Source of the DNA: the human T2T-CHM13v2.0 reference genome, Homo sapiens
DNA: 64,000 nt
Assembly (NCBI RefSeq): GCF_009914755.1
Contig: NC_060926.1
Strand: one strand, 5' to 3'
Part shown: one piece after another, positions 48,572-60,995 of the stretch
How the letters are laid out: every line of letters begins with the position of its first letter
Position numbering within the stretch: the stretch's first letter is position 1
Made by a program: the position numbers and the translations under genes
Notes under the pieces: generated by a model
What the model saw: the letters and a program-made list of their open reading frames with translations, nothing else
What the model was told of the DNA's origin: nothing
Database searches by the model: none

Positions 48572-48966
48572 TCAACCAACGAATAGATAAAGAAAATGTG
48601 GTATATATATACACCATGGAATACTACTCAGCCATAAAAAGGAATGAAATAATGCATTCACAGCAACCTGGATGGAGTTGGAGACCATTATTCCAAGTAA
48701 AGTAACTCAGGAATGGAAAACCAAAGACAGTATGTTCTCACTTACAAGCAGGAACTAAGCTATGAGGACACAAAGGCATAAGAATTATATAATGGACTTT
48801 GGGGACTCAGCATGGAAAAAAGACTACAAATTGGGTACAGTGTACACTGCTCATGTGATAGGTACACCAAAATCTCAGAAATCACCACTAAAGACCTTTT
48901 CCATGCAACCAAACACCACATCCCCCAAAACTATTGAAAGAAAAACAAAAATTTAAAAATTTAAAA
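48572..48966 (+). mobile_element. L1PB-type 3' end (5'-truncated)
   Basis: ORF2 C-terminal DNA plus L1PB-like 3'UTR (caaaatctcagaaatcaccactaaaga). Confidence 0.85.
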
Positions 48967-48987
48967 AGGGGAATAAACAGTGTTCTG

Positions 48988-49668
<681 letters not shown>

Positions 49669-49991
49669 TTACTGCAATAATCTAGACTTTGTAATCCTAC
49701 TTTCTCATTCTATATGTATGGAAATTGAAGCATAAAGCATCTTGTATTTCTACAATCCAGTTACATAATTCTCTAGTCTAAAATTACCACTTATGCTGTG
49801 GTCAGAGAAGTGGCAATTCATACCATTGCTTAAGTTTTCTTTGGTCAACAATTTCCTTTGTGCTATAAAATTGACTTAAACCATGATGGAGAGATGATAG
49901 AGAAAGACTTTCAGCTAGTCAATCCTCAAGATTGGAAATTGTGCCGGTAGCTTGGAGGGAACTTCTGAAATCTCCTAATGTGTTAGAAGGA

Positions 49992-50465
49992 AAGCCATTC
50001 TGACTTGTGTGAGGTGGCATCTAATGGTGGTTTTGATTTGCATTTCTCTAATGATCAGTGATATTGAGCTTTCTTTCATATGCTTGTTGGCATCATGTAT
50101 GTCTTCTTTTGAAAAGTGTCTGTTCATGTCCTTTGCCTACTTTTCAATGGGGTTGTTTTTCTCTTTTAAATTTGTTTAAGTTCCTTATAGATGCTGGATA
50201 TTAGACCTTTGTCAGATGCATAGTTTGCAAATATTTCCTCCCACTCTGTAGGTTGAACACAAATAAGGGAACAACAGACGCTGGGGTCTACTTGAGGGTG
50301 GCAGGTGGGAGAAGGGAGAGGAGCAGAAAAGATAACTATTGGGTACTGGGTTGAATACCTGGCTGATGAAATAATCTGTGCCACAAACCCCTATGACACA
50401 TGTTTACCTATGTAACAAACTTTCTCATGTACCCCCAAACCTAAAATAAAAGATTAAAAAGAAAA
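49992..50465 (+). mobile_element. Short 5'-inverted older L1PA (antisense ORF2 piece 49992-50255, sense 3'UTR 50256-50465)
   Basis: Orientation switch at ...ctgtaggttg|aacacaaat...; ends aataaaag...aaaaa. Confidence 0.82.
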
Positions 50466-51689
50466 TAGGGAAGGCATTAGGTAAATTGAAGAAAGCTGCA
50501 GAAGTTGCCTCAAGTGTGACAGCCATAGCCTTCCCACTGGCAAAATCCAGTGGCTGCAGCATGATGTTTATAAGACCACAATAATGTCTCAGAGTAGACA
50601 GATAGGGGATACGTGTCTACATACACATCAGTCACACCTGGACATTTACCCCAAGGCCAGTGATTTGACAGGCTAGCCAGGGGATAATATGGTAGCTAAG
50701 ACTTCCATACCTGGAGAAAAGAAAAGAAAAGTTAAAAGGAAGTCCTGTTCAAGGCATCCCAAGGGACAATAGTAACATGAAATAAAAATTCAGTCATTTC
50801 AAAGACTTCACAATTTCAATCAGCAAATAATTCAAGGCTTCTTTGTCAGAAACAGCAAACAATACAAGCATCAAATATAACAGATGATTAATCAAAATGC
50901 AGGCAGTATAGCATTAGGAAAACAAACATCAGCCCTATAATTAGAGGTCAAAATCCCAAATTCTGGCTTGTTAAAAAGTTACTAGGTAGACACTAAGTGA
51001 TTTCTAACAGGTATCAATAGGTGCCCAGGAGAGCATTCTCTTTAAAATACAGGGAGAGTAAATGTATTCTTGACTTCATCCTAGGCAACTTGTTATTGTG
51101 TAAGTGTAACCCCAAGCAGCAATTTGTGAACCAAACCTATTATTCAGTGTGATTCAAGTGCTATGGTAGATGCATCCCTAGCTTTTAATCTGTATGTTTC
51201 ACTCACAAGAAAGTAGTATGATTTGATTTTTCAATTCTAAACTCCTATGGGTTTTTCTATTAGCAGGGAAACTCTATTTTATGCCATTGCCCTCAGTAAT
51301 TTCTCACTAAAATACAGACCACAAATATTTCAAACAAGTTGCAATTGATGGATCACACTCTAGCAGTTTCCTTAAAACTTGACCTAGTATATGACTTTTT
51401 TTTGCTATTATTAAAATTTAGTATAACAGTTTGAAAATTTCTCAATGAAAATTAGGTAATGGTTTAATAATTACTATTGAGGGTTTCTTCTCCAAGTGAT
51501 CTTGAGTTGCAAGAAATCATTCAGTTATTTTGACAGTTTGAATCTGCTTCTAAAATGACCAGGATAACATGAAAGTGGCTAATACTTTTTTATATTTTAG
51601 TGGCAAAATCAGCATAGCCTACAGCTGTCATATAAGTTTTCTGGCTTACAGATGTCAAAAACACATAAATAAACTTGAGACAATGAGAC

Positions 51690-51820
51690 GTTGACCTAAG
51701 ATCTTGATTCTAGTCCTGGCTCCGCTGTTAACCAGCTGTGAAACCTTTAGCAATTTATTCAGCCTCTCTGGGTTTCTCCTGTAAAAGATAGTTGTCAAAT
51801 TAGATAAAAGTCCTTTAAGG
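51690..51820 (+). mobile_element. MIR remnant
   Basis: ttctagtcctggctccgctgttaaccagctgtg...cctctctgggtttctcctgtaaaa. Confidence 0.65.
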
Positions 51821-52599
51821 AGAACAACCACTATCTTTGATTCTACCTGTGAGTACTGATAACTTGAAGGGTTTCTAGGTTCTTCCCACCCTGACATTTT
51901 TTAAGGGTTTATATAAATCATTCCAACCAAATCAACTTGGATTCATGCAGTAGTTAGGACTGAGTTGTATTAATTATACCTTATGGCTATTCAATTTTAA
52001 TTATTTCTGGGAACCCACTCTATAGACCTCTGACCTACAAGTCATCATTATTAGAGCCAATACAAATGTAAATTATGGAACACTGTGATAACTGTGTGTA
52101 TATCATTGAGACAGGCCAAAATGGGTTGAATAAGGGACCTCAAATGCAAGAAAATTCAACAAAAGATGTTTCCTATATATACATACAGGTCTGACTAGAC
52201 TTACAGGATCTAAAAATATGCAGACTTTTCTATGAAGATGGCTCCCAGAGTAGTATTCTTTAGATACTTGAGGTGCTAAACCTGGACCCCTGATGACAAG
52301 ATACTTGTTTCTCTCCCATTCTACCTCCATCTCTCTGGAACTCCTCACCAATCCTTGAACTGATTCTCCATATTAGAAGTCCACAAACGTGAGGTTCTTA
52401 AATTCTTGGTAGATGTGAATGTTTCTCTAAAATCTGAGAAATATTGGTGTCATCATGAGATTAAATAAGATGAGAAAGGCAGAATATCCTTGAAGAAGAA
52501 ATGGTAATTCCATGAGATGATGAAGATAGTAAGAACTGTGGACCTCCTTCCTCCTGCCATCCCTTCTCACAGGTAAATGATTACCCTTTAATTGTGATT

Positions 52600-53420
52600 G
52601 AGTGCCACATAAATTAGCATATTATTGAGTGTAAATTACAAAATAAAAAGTTTAGAAAGAACTAAATGCCATCAATTGGAAAATAGCTTAAAGAAATAGT
52701 GCAGCCATTCAATGAAATGTTATGCTGATGTCAGAAACAATTAAGAATAAAAGTATTGATAAAGAAATATGTTCAATATTTATTGTTAAATAAAAAGAAA
52801 AAAGGAGGTTGCCGAACAACGTATATAAAACACTCCAATTTGTCTTATCAAGGAAGAGAAGCAGAATATTTCTGGAAAGAAAGATGATGTTTTTAAGTCT
52901 TATCTGGGGAGAGGGACATTGAGAGCACAAGGGTATGGCAAAGGAGACTATTAGTTTTTATCTAGTTCATTTCTGTGCAGTTGAAGTTTACCATAAGCAC
53001 AAATTACTTTCCTAATTAAAGCTATTTAAAACTAAGCATGGATCATTTGTTATGTTCAGGAAATGCTAAAATGATTTTTATGATCCCAGTAACATTATGT
53101 TGAAACATTTCAGAAATAAGCATAAACAGTACAATATTAAACACATGAGGGTTCTCCTCCAACTTAAAGAAATCAATTATTTTCTCTTGATTTAAAGAAG
53201 AATCTTTACTAATATAGGTAAAGACTCCTGAGTATCCCTCCCTTACTGCATTATCACATCCACCTCCCAGATGTAACCAATAATCTGAATTTAATGTTCA
53301 TCATTTTATATTATTATTCTATACACAGGTGTCTGACATGACATATAGTATCACTTTACTTATTTTAAGACTTTACATAAAAGGCATGATATAGTTCATA
53401 TATTCTTTAATTTGCATTGT
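52600..53420. mobile_element. Ancient L1ME fragments (plus to ~53020, minus after ~53080)
   Basis: Degenerate L1ME 3'-end-like motifs. Confidence 0.5.
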
Positions 53421-53423
53421 GAA

Positions 53424-53670
53424 TGTAGTGAAGTTCTGATATGCCTCTTAGCTCCCCCTTCAAGACTGAAGGACTTTCTGCCCAGCTTCTGGGAGTACTG
53501 GGACTAATGTCATTCAACTGTCATTCCCCTCTGGAAATTGCCCTTTGCTAAAAAGAGCTCCATTCTGTGAGGTCATACTCTTTCCCAGGGCAGCCTGCTC
53601 AATGGGTGTCTTGACCCTCCTCAACCTAATCTAGTAAGCTTTGAAAGGCCATGCCAGCTTCAGAACTATC
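53424..53670. mobile_element. LTR16-like (ERVL) fragment
   Basis: cccttcaagactgaaggac...ggaaattgccc...ttcccagggcagcc resemble LTR16. Confidence 0.5.
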
Positions 53671-53745
53671 TATGGAAAATCAGATGAGAGGTGTTTTTGA
53701 GAACAAATAACGCACAACCTGAGTCTAACTATGAGAAAATGTCAT

Positions 53746-53987
53746 AACCCCAACATAATGGGATAAGTGGGATCCAAAACTTCAATAATGTAAAATAAAG
53801 GTTACATTATTTAAAAATGAAGTAAAAGCAGTATTCTTCAGTCTGTGATGTCCTAAGTATGAAATTTAAAATAATAAAACTCTAAAAAAGTGATCATAAA
53901 CTTCACTGAGAAAAATCACAAATGGTTCATCATTATTTTAGAGATTGCATAATTCTATTTGTATTTCCCCATGGCCCAAGGGTTGTT
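53746..53987 (+). repeat. ~242-bp dispersed direct repeat, copy of 55049-55293
   Basis: Aligned by eye: 5 substitutions and one 3-bp indel. Confidence 0.97.
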
Positions 53988-54189
53988 CCCAAATTGATGA
54001 ACAGTCTGCAAACTAATTGACTTGTATTCTTCAGAAATATTAATGTCATAAAAGACAAAGAAAATCGAATGAAGTAGTCCAGATTAAAGGAAACTAAAGG
54101 GACATGACAACCAAATGCACACCTAATAAGACATTTCTCTAGCACTATAAGTAAATTATCGGGATAATTTATAACTGGTAGGTTTTTCA

Positions 54190-54360
54190 TGGTGCTTACT
54201 ATAAAGCAAGCACTGTTCTAAGTGCTTTATATTATTAACACATTTAACCCTCACAGGAGCCTTATGAATTAGGTATGATTATTATCCTAATTTTGCAGAT
54301 GAGGAAACTGAGGCATGGGGGAGCTATGTAATCTGCTTAGATAACACAAAGCTGGCAATG
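54190..54360 (-). mobile_element. MIR
   Basis: gcactgttctaagtgcttta...ttttgcagatgaggaaactgaggca. Confidence 0.85.
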
Positions 54361-54507
54361 AGGAAATTGCTTCTGGCATCACTTTTCTTAAGAACAGCTT
54401 TTACTGCTTATGTTAATGAAATTATTACTTCTTACTCTTGGGTTTGGCAAATTAAAAAAAAATTACCACCAAATGCTGGTGAAATTGCAGTAAAATGGGA
54501 AGTCTCA

Positions 54508-54996
<489 letters not shown>

Positions 54997-55048
54997 CTAG
55001 CAGAGGAATAAATAAGTTGTTAGCTAATCATATAATAATGTATAGTAA

Positions 55049-55293
55049 AACCCCAACATAATGGGATAAGTGGGATCCAAAACTTCAATCCTGTAAAATA
55101 AAGGTTACATTATTTAAAAATGAAGTAAAAGCAGTATTCTTCAGTCTGTGATGTCCTTCTAAGTATGAAATTTAAAATAATAAAACTCTAAAAAAGTGAT
55201 CATAAACTTCACTGAGAAAAATCACAAATGGTTCACCATTATTTTAGAGATTGCATAATTCTATTCGTATTTCCCCATGGCCCAAGAGTTGTT
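55049..55293 (+). repeat. Probable donor copy of the ~242-bp duplication
   Basis: Near-identical to 53746-53987 and runs on into collinear antisense L1M sequence. Confidence 0.95.
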
Positions 55294-55409
55294 TGATAGG
55301 GCTTTTGTAAATTTCCAGGTGGAAGAGTCTTTTTAATTATTAAGTTTTATATTAATTTCTAGTTTTATTACATTGTAGGTTAAAATATTGTTTATAATAT
55401 TTCTACTTT

Positions 55410-55962
55410 TAATTTTTAATTTGTGTGGGTGCATAGAAGATGTATATATTTTGGGGTATATAAAATGTTTTGATACAGGCATGTAATGTGTAATAATCAC
55501 ATCATGAATCCTGGGGTATCCATCCTCGAAAGCATTTATCCTTTGTGTTGCAAACAATCCAATTATACTAATTTAGTTATTTTTAAATGTACAATTAAAT
55601 TATAATTGACTACAGTCACCCTGTTGTGCTATCAAATAGCAGGTCTTATTTATTCTTTCTAATTATTTTTTTTTAATGCATTAACCATCCCTACCTCCTC
55701 TCACACCAACCCATCCCCACCCCTCACTACCCTTCCCAGCCTATGTTTAGCATCCTTTTACTCTTTATGTCCATAAGTTCAATTGTTTTGTTTTTTTGGA
55801 TCCCACAAATAAATGAGAACATGCAATGTTTGTCTTTCTTTGCCTGCCTTATTTCACTTAACAAAATGATCTCCAGTTCTATCCATGTTGTCGCAAATGA
55901 CAGAATCTCATTCTTTTTATGTCTGAATAGTACTCCATTGTGTGTATGTATCATATTTTCTT
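55410..55962 (-). mobile_element. L1MA-type 3' end, 5'-truncated
   Basis: ORF2 C-terminus remnant (FATTWIELEIILLSEI); perfect 15-bp TSD taatatttctacttt at 55395-55409 and 55963-55977. Confidence 0.9.
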
Positions 55963-56530
55963 TAATATTTCTACTTTATTGAACCTACCAATAATTTCTT
56001 TTGGATCTAATATATGATAAATTTTTGTGCATGTCCTAGGCATGCTTGAAAAAGTTGCATTCTCTATTATCTGTGTATAAAATTTGATACATAAGTTTGT
56101 ATATGATGACAAATGCCTTATTCATTACGTTTTTCTCCTATATTTTCTTTCTTTTTTTTTTTTTTTTTTTTACTTTTATTCTAAGTTCTGAGGTACATGT
56201 GCAGGTTTCTTATACTGGTAAACTTGTGTCATGGAGGTTTGTCATACACATTATTTCGTCACCTAGGTATTAAGCCCAGTATCCATTAGTAAGTTTTTCT
56301 GATCCTCTCCCTTTTCCCACTCTTCAACCTCTGGAAAACCCCAGTGTCTGCTGTTCCACTCTGTGTGTCCATGCGTTCTCATCATTTAGCTCCCACTTAT
56401 AAGTAAGAACATGCAGTATTTGGTTTTCTGTTCCTGCATTGGTTTACTAAGGATAATGGCCTGCAGCTCCACCAATATTCCTACAAAGAATATAATTTTG
56501 TTCTTTCTTATGGCTGCATAGTATTCCATG

Positions 56531-56573
<43 letters not shown>
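56531..56573. repeat. (GT)n(AT)n microsatellite
   Basis: Direct reading. Confidence 0.95.
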
Positions 56574-58328
56574 CCACATTTCCTTTATACAGTCTACCAT
56601 TGATGGACATTTAGGTTGATTCCATGTCTTTACTATCATGAATAGTGCTGCAGTGAACATATGTGTGCATGTGTCTTTATGATAGAAAGATTTATATTCC
56701 TTTGAATATATACCCAGTAATAGGATTGCTGGGTCAAATGGTAGTTCCGTTTTTAGGTCTTTGAGGAACTGTCAAACTGTTTTCCACAGTGGTTGAACTA
56801 ATTTATACTGCCACCTACTGTATATAAGCGTTCCTTTTTCTCCACAACCTGGCCAGTATCTGTATTTTTGCTTTGTTTTGTTTTGTTTTTGACTTTTTAA
56901 TAATAGCCATTCTGACTGGTGTGAGATAGTATCTCATTGTGGTTTTGATTTGCATTTCTCTAGTGATTAGAGATATTGAGCTTTTTTTATATGCTTGTTG
57001 GCTGCACGTATGTCTTCTTGTGAACATCCCACTTGTAAGTGGGGTTGTTTTCTTCTTGTAAAAAAAACAAATGATTTTCCATTTGTTTGTGTCATCTCTG
57101 ATTTTGTTTAGCAGTTGTTTTATAGTTCTCTTTGTAGAGATCTTTCATCTCCCTGGTTAGCTGCATTTCTAGGTATTTTATGCTTTTTGTGGCAATTGTG
57201 AATGGGATTGAATTCCTGACTTGGCTCTCTGCTTGGCTGTTGTTGACTTTATAGGAATGCTAGTGATTTTTGTATGTTGATTTTGTATCCTGAATCTTTA
57301 CTAAAGTTGCTTATCAGCTTAAGGAGCTTTTGGGCCAAGACTATGGGCTTTTCTAGATATAGAATTGGGTTGTGTGCAAAGAGAAATAGTTTGACTTTCT
57401 TTCTTTCTCCTTGGAGGCCCTTTGTTTGTTTCTCCTGCCTGACTGTCCTGGCCAGGACTTCCAATACTATGTTGAATAGGAGTGGTGAGAGAGGGCATCC
57501 TTGTCTTGCGCCAGTTTTCAAGGTGGTATGCTTCCAGATTTTGCCCATTCAGTATGATGTTGGTTGTGGGTCTGTCATATATAGCTCTTATTAATTTGAG
57601 GTGTGCTCCTTCAATACCTAGTTTCTTGAGAGTTTTTATCATGAATAGATGTCAAATTGTATCAAAAGCCTTTTCTACATATATTAAGATAATCACATGG
57701 TTTTTGTCTTTAGTTCTGCTTATGTGATGAATCACATTTATTGATTTGTGTATGTTGGGCAAACTTTGCATCCTGGGGTTAAAGCCTACTTGATCATGAT
57801 GGATAACCTTTTTGATGTGCTGCTGAATTCTGTTTGCCAATATTTTCTTGAGGATTTTTGCATTGATGTTCATTGAGGATATTGGCCTGAAGTTGTGTCT
57901 CTGCCAGGTTTTGGTATCAGGATGATGCTTGCCTCATAGAATGAGTTAAGGATTCGTTTTTCCTTTTCAATTTTTAAAAATAGTTTCAGTAGAAATGGTA
58001 CCAGGTCTTCTTTGTATATCTTGTAGAATTCGGCTGTGAATCCATCTGGTCCTGGACTTTTTTCAGTTGGTAGGCTATATATTACTGATTCAATTTCAGA
58101 GCTCATTATTGTTCTGTTCAGGGATTCAATTTCTTCCCGGCTCAGTCTTTGGAGGTTGTATGTAACAAGGAGTTTATCCATTTCTTCTGGATTTTCTAGT
58201 TTATATGCATAGAAATGTTCATACTATTCTCTGATGGTTATTTGTATTTCTGTGGGGTCAGTGGTAATATCCCCTTTATTGTTTTTAATTGTGTTTATTT
58301 GGATCTTTTCTTTATTTGTGTAGCTAGC

Positions 58329-58768
58329 TGTGATGGTTAATACTGAGTGTCAACTTGATTGGACTGAAGGATGCAAAGTATTGATCCTGGGTGTGTCTGT
58401 GAGGGTGTTGCCAAAGGAGATTAACATTTGAGTCAGTGGGCTGGGGAAGGCAGACCCACCCTTAATCTGGTGGGCACAATCTAATCGGCTGCCAGCAAAC
58501 GTAAAGCAGGCAGAAAAACGTGATGAGAGACTGGCCTAGACTCTCAGCCTACATATTTCTCCCGTGCTGGATGCTTTCTGCCCTCGAACATTGGACTTCA
58601 AGTTCTTCAGTTTTGAGACTCGGACTGGCTCTCCTTGCTCCTCAAGCTTGCAGACAGCCTATTGTGGGACCTTGTGACCATGTAAGTTAATACTTAATAA
58701 ACTCTTCTTTATATATAAATGTATAATATATATTAGTTCTGTCCCTCTAGGGAACTCTGACTAATACA
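58329..58768 (+). mobile_element. MLT2A solo LTR
   Basis: tgtgatggttaatactgag...ctgactaataca; TSD ctagc/ccagc. Confidence 0.93.
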
Positions 58769-59295
58769 CCAGCAGTCCATCTATTTTATTATCAATTCTC
58801 ATAGTTAACAAATTCCTTCAAAAATTTGTTGAAGTAAAACACAACAGATAAAAATGCTTTTATAGTCCCTTCGGATATCAATACTCTTTTTCTCCCTAGA
58901 AGTAACCACTATTATAAAAGTGATATGTTTCTTTGCAGTAAATATTGCATAGTGTATTACATTTGTATGTATCTATAAATAATATTTATTGTTATTTTAT
59001 TAATTTCTTCAAAAAAACAACTCCTGAATTCATGGATCTTTTGAATGATTTTTTTGTGTCTCAATCTCCTTCAGTTCAGCTCTGATTTTGGTTGTTTCAT
59101 GTCATCTGCTACCTATAGGGTTGGTTTTCTCTTGCTTCTCTAGTTCTTTTAGTTGTGATATTAAATTGAGGTATTTCTAAACTTTTGATGAGGGCATTTA
59201 GTGCTATAAATTTCCCTCTTAACACTGCCTTAATGGTGTCCCAAAGATTCTGGTTTCTTTTATCTTGCTTCTCATTAGTTTCAAAGAACTGCTAG

Positions 59296-59718
<423 letters not shown>

Positions 59719-60700
59719 TAATTTGATTGTGCTGTGGTCTGAGAGAGTAGTTGTTATAGTTTCAGCACTTTTCTATTTGCTGAGAAATGTTTTATGTCCA
59801 ATTATGTGATCGATTTTAGAGTATGTGACATGTGGCAATGTGAAGAATGTATATGCTGTTGTTTTCTGTGGAGAGTTCTGTAGATGTCTATCAGGTCTAT
59901 TTGATCCAGTGCTGAGTTCCTGTCCTGAATATCCTTGTTATTTTTATGCCTTGATAACCTCTCTAATACTGTCAGTGTGGTGTTGAAGTCTCCCAATATT
60001 ATTATTTGGGAATCTGAGTCTCTTTGAGAGTCTCTAAGAATTTGCTTTATGAATATGGGTGCTCCTGTGTTGGGTGCATATATATTGAGGATAGTTAGGT
60101 CACCTTGTTGAATTGAAACCTTTATCATTATGTAATGCCCTTCTTTTTCTTTTTTGACCTTTGTAGGTTTAAAGTCTGTCTTGTGAGAAATTAGGATTGC
60201 CACCCTTGCTTTTTTCTGTTTTCTATTTGCTTGGTAGATCTTTCTCCATTGCTTTATGTTTAGCCTATGGGTGTCATTGCATGTGAGATGCGTCTCCTGA
60301 AGACAGTACAATAATGGGTCCTGGTTCTTTATCCAGCTTGCCATTTGTGCCTTTTAATTGGGGCATTTAGCCACTTTATATTCAAAGTTAGTATTGATGT
60401 ATGTGGCTTTGATCCTGTCATCAAGATGTTAGCTGGTTATCATACAGACTTGTTTGTGTGGTTGCTTTATTGTGTCACTTATCTGTGTACTTAAGTGTGT
60501 TTTTGTAGTGACTGGTAATGGTTTTCCCTTTTCATATTTAGAGCTTACTTCAGGAGTTCCTGTAAAGCAGGTCTAGTGGCAATAAATTCCCTCACCATTT
60601 CCTTGTCTGAAAAGCATCTTATCTCTCCTTCACTTATAAAGCTAAGTTTGGGCAAATATGAAATTCTGGTATGGAATTTCTTTTTTTTAAAGAATGTTGA

Positions 60701-60995
60701 GTCTGGGCGTGGTGGCTCATGCCTATAATCCCAGCACTTTGGGAGTCCAAGGCAGGCAGATCAGGAGTTGGAGACTAGCCTGGCCACAACATGTTGAAAC
60801 CCCATCTCTACTAAAAATACAAAATTTAGCCGGGCATGGTGGCATGTGCCTGTAGTCCCAGCTACTCAGGTGGCTGAGGCAGAAGAATCACTTGAACCCA
60901 GGAGTGGAAGTTGCAGTGAGCCAAGATCCACCACTGTACTCCAGCCTGGGTGACAGAGCAAGCCTCTGTCTAAAAAATAAAAATAAAAAATAATA
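60701..60995 (+). mobile_element. AluS with a short left-arm deletion
   Basis: Alu dimer inserted at the L1 'aagaatgttgaatattgg' site. Confidence 0.92.

Noticed and set aside
52549-52580. Plus-strand pyrimidine tract with CAG|GTAAAT
   Set aside because: Isolated splice-like motif with no partner exon evidence
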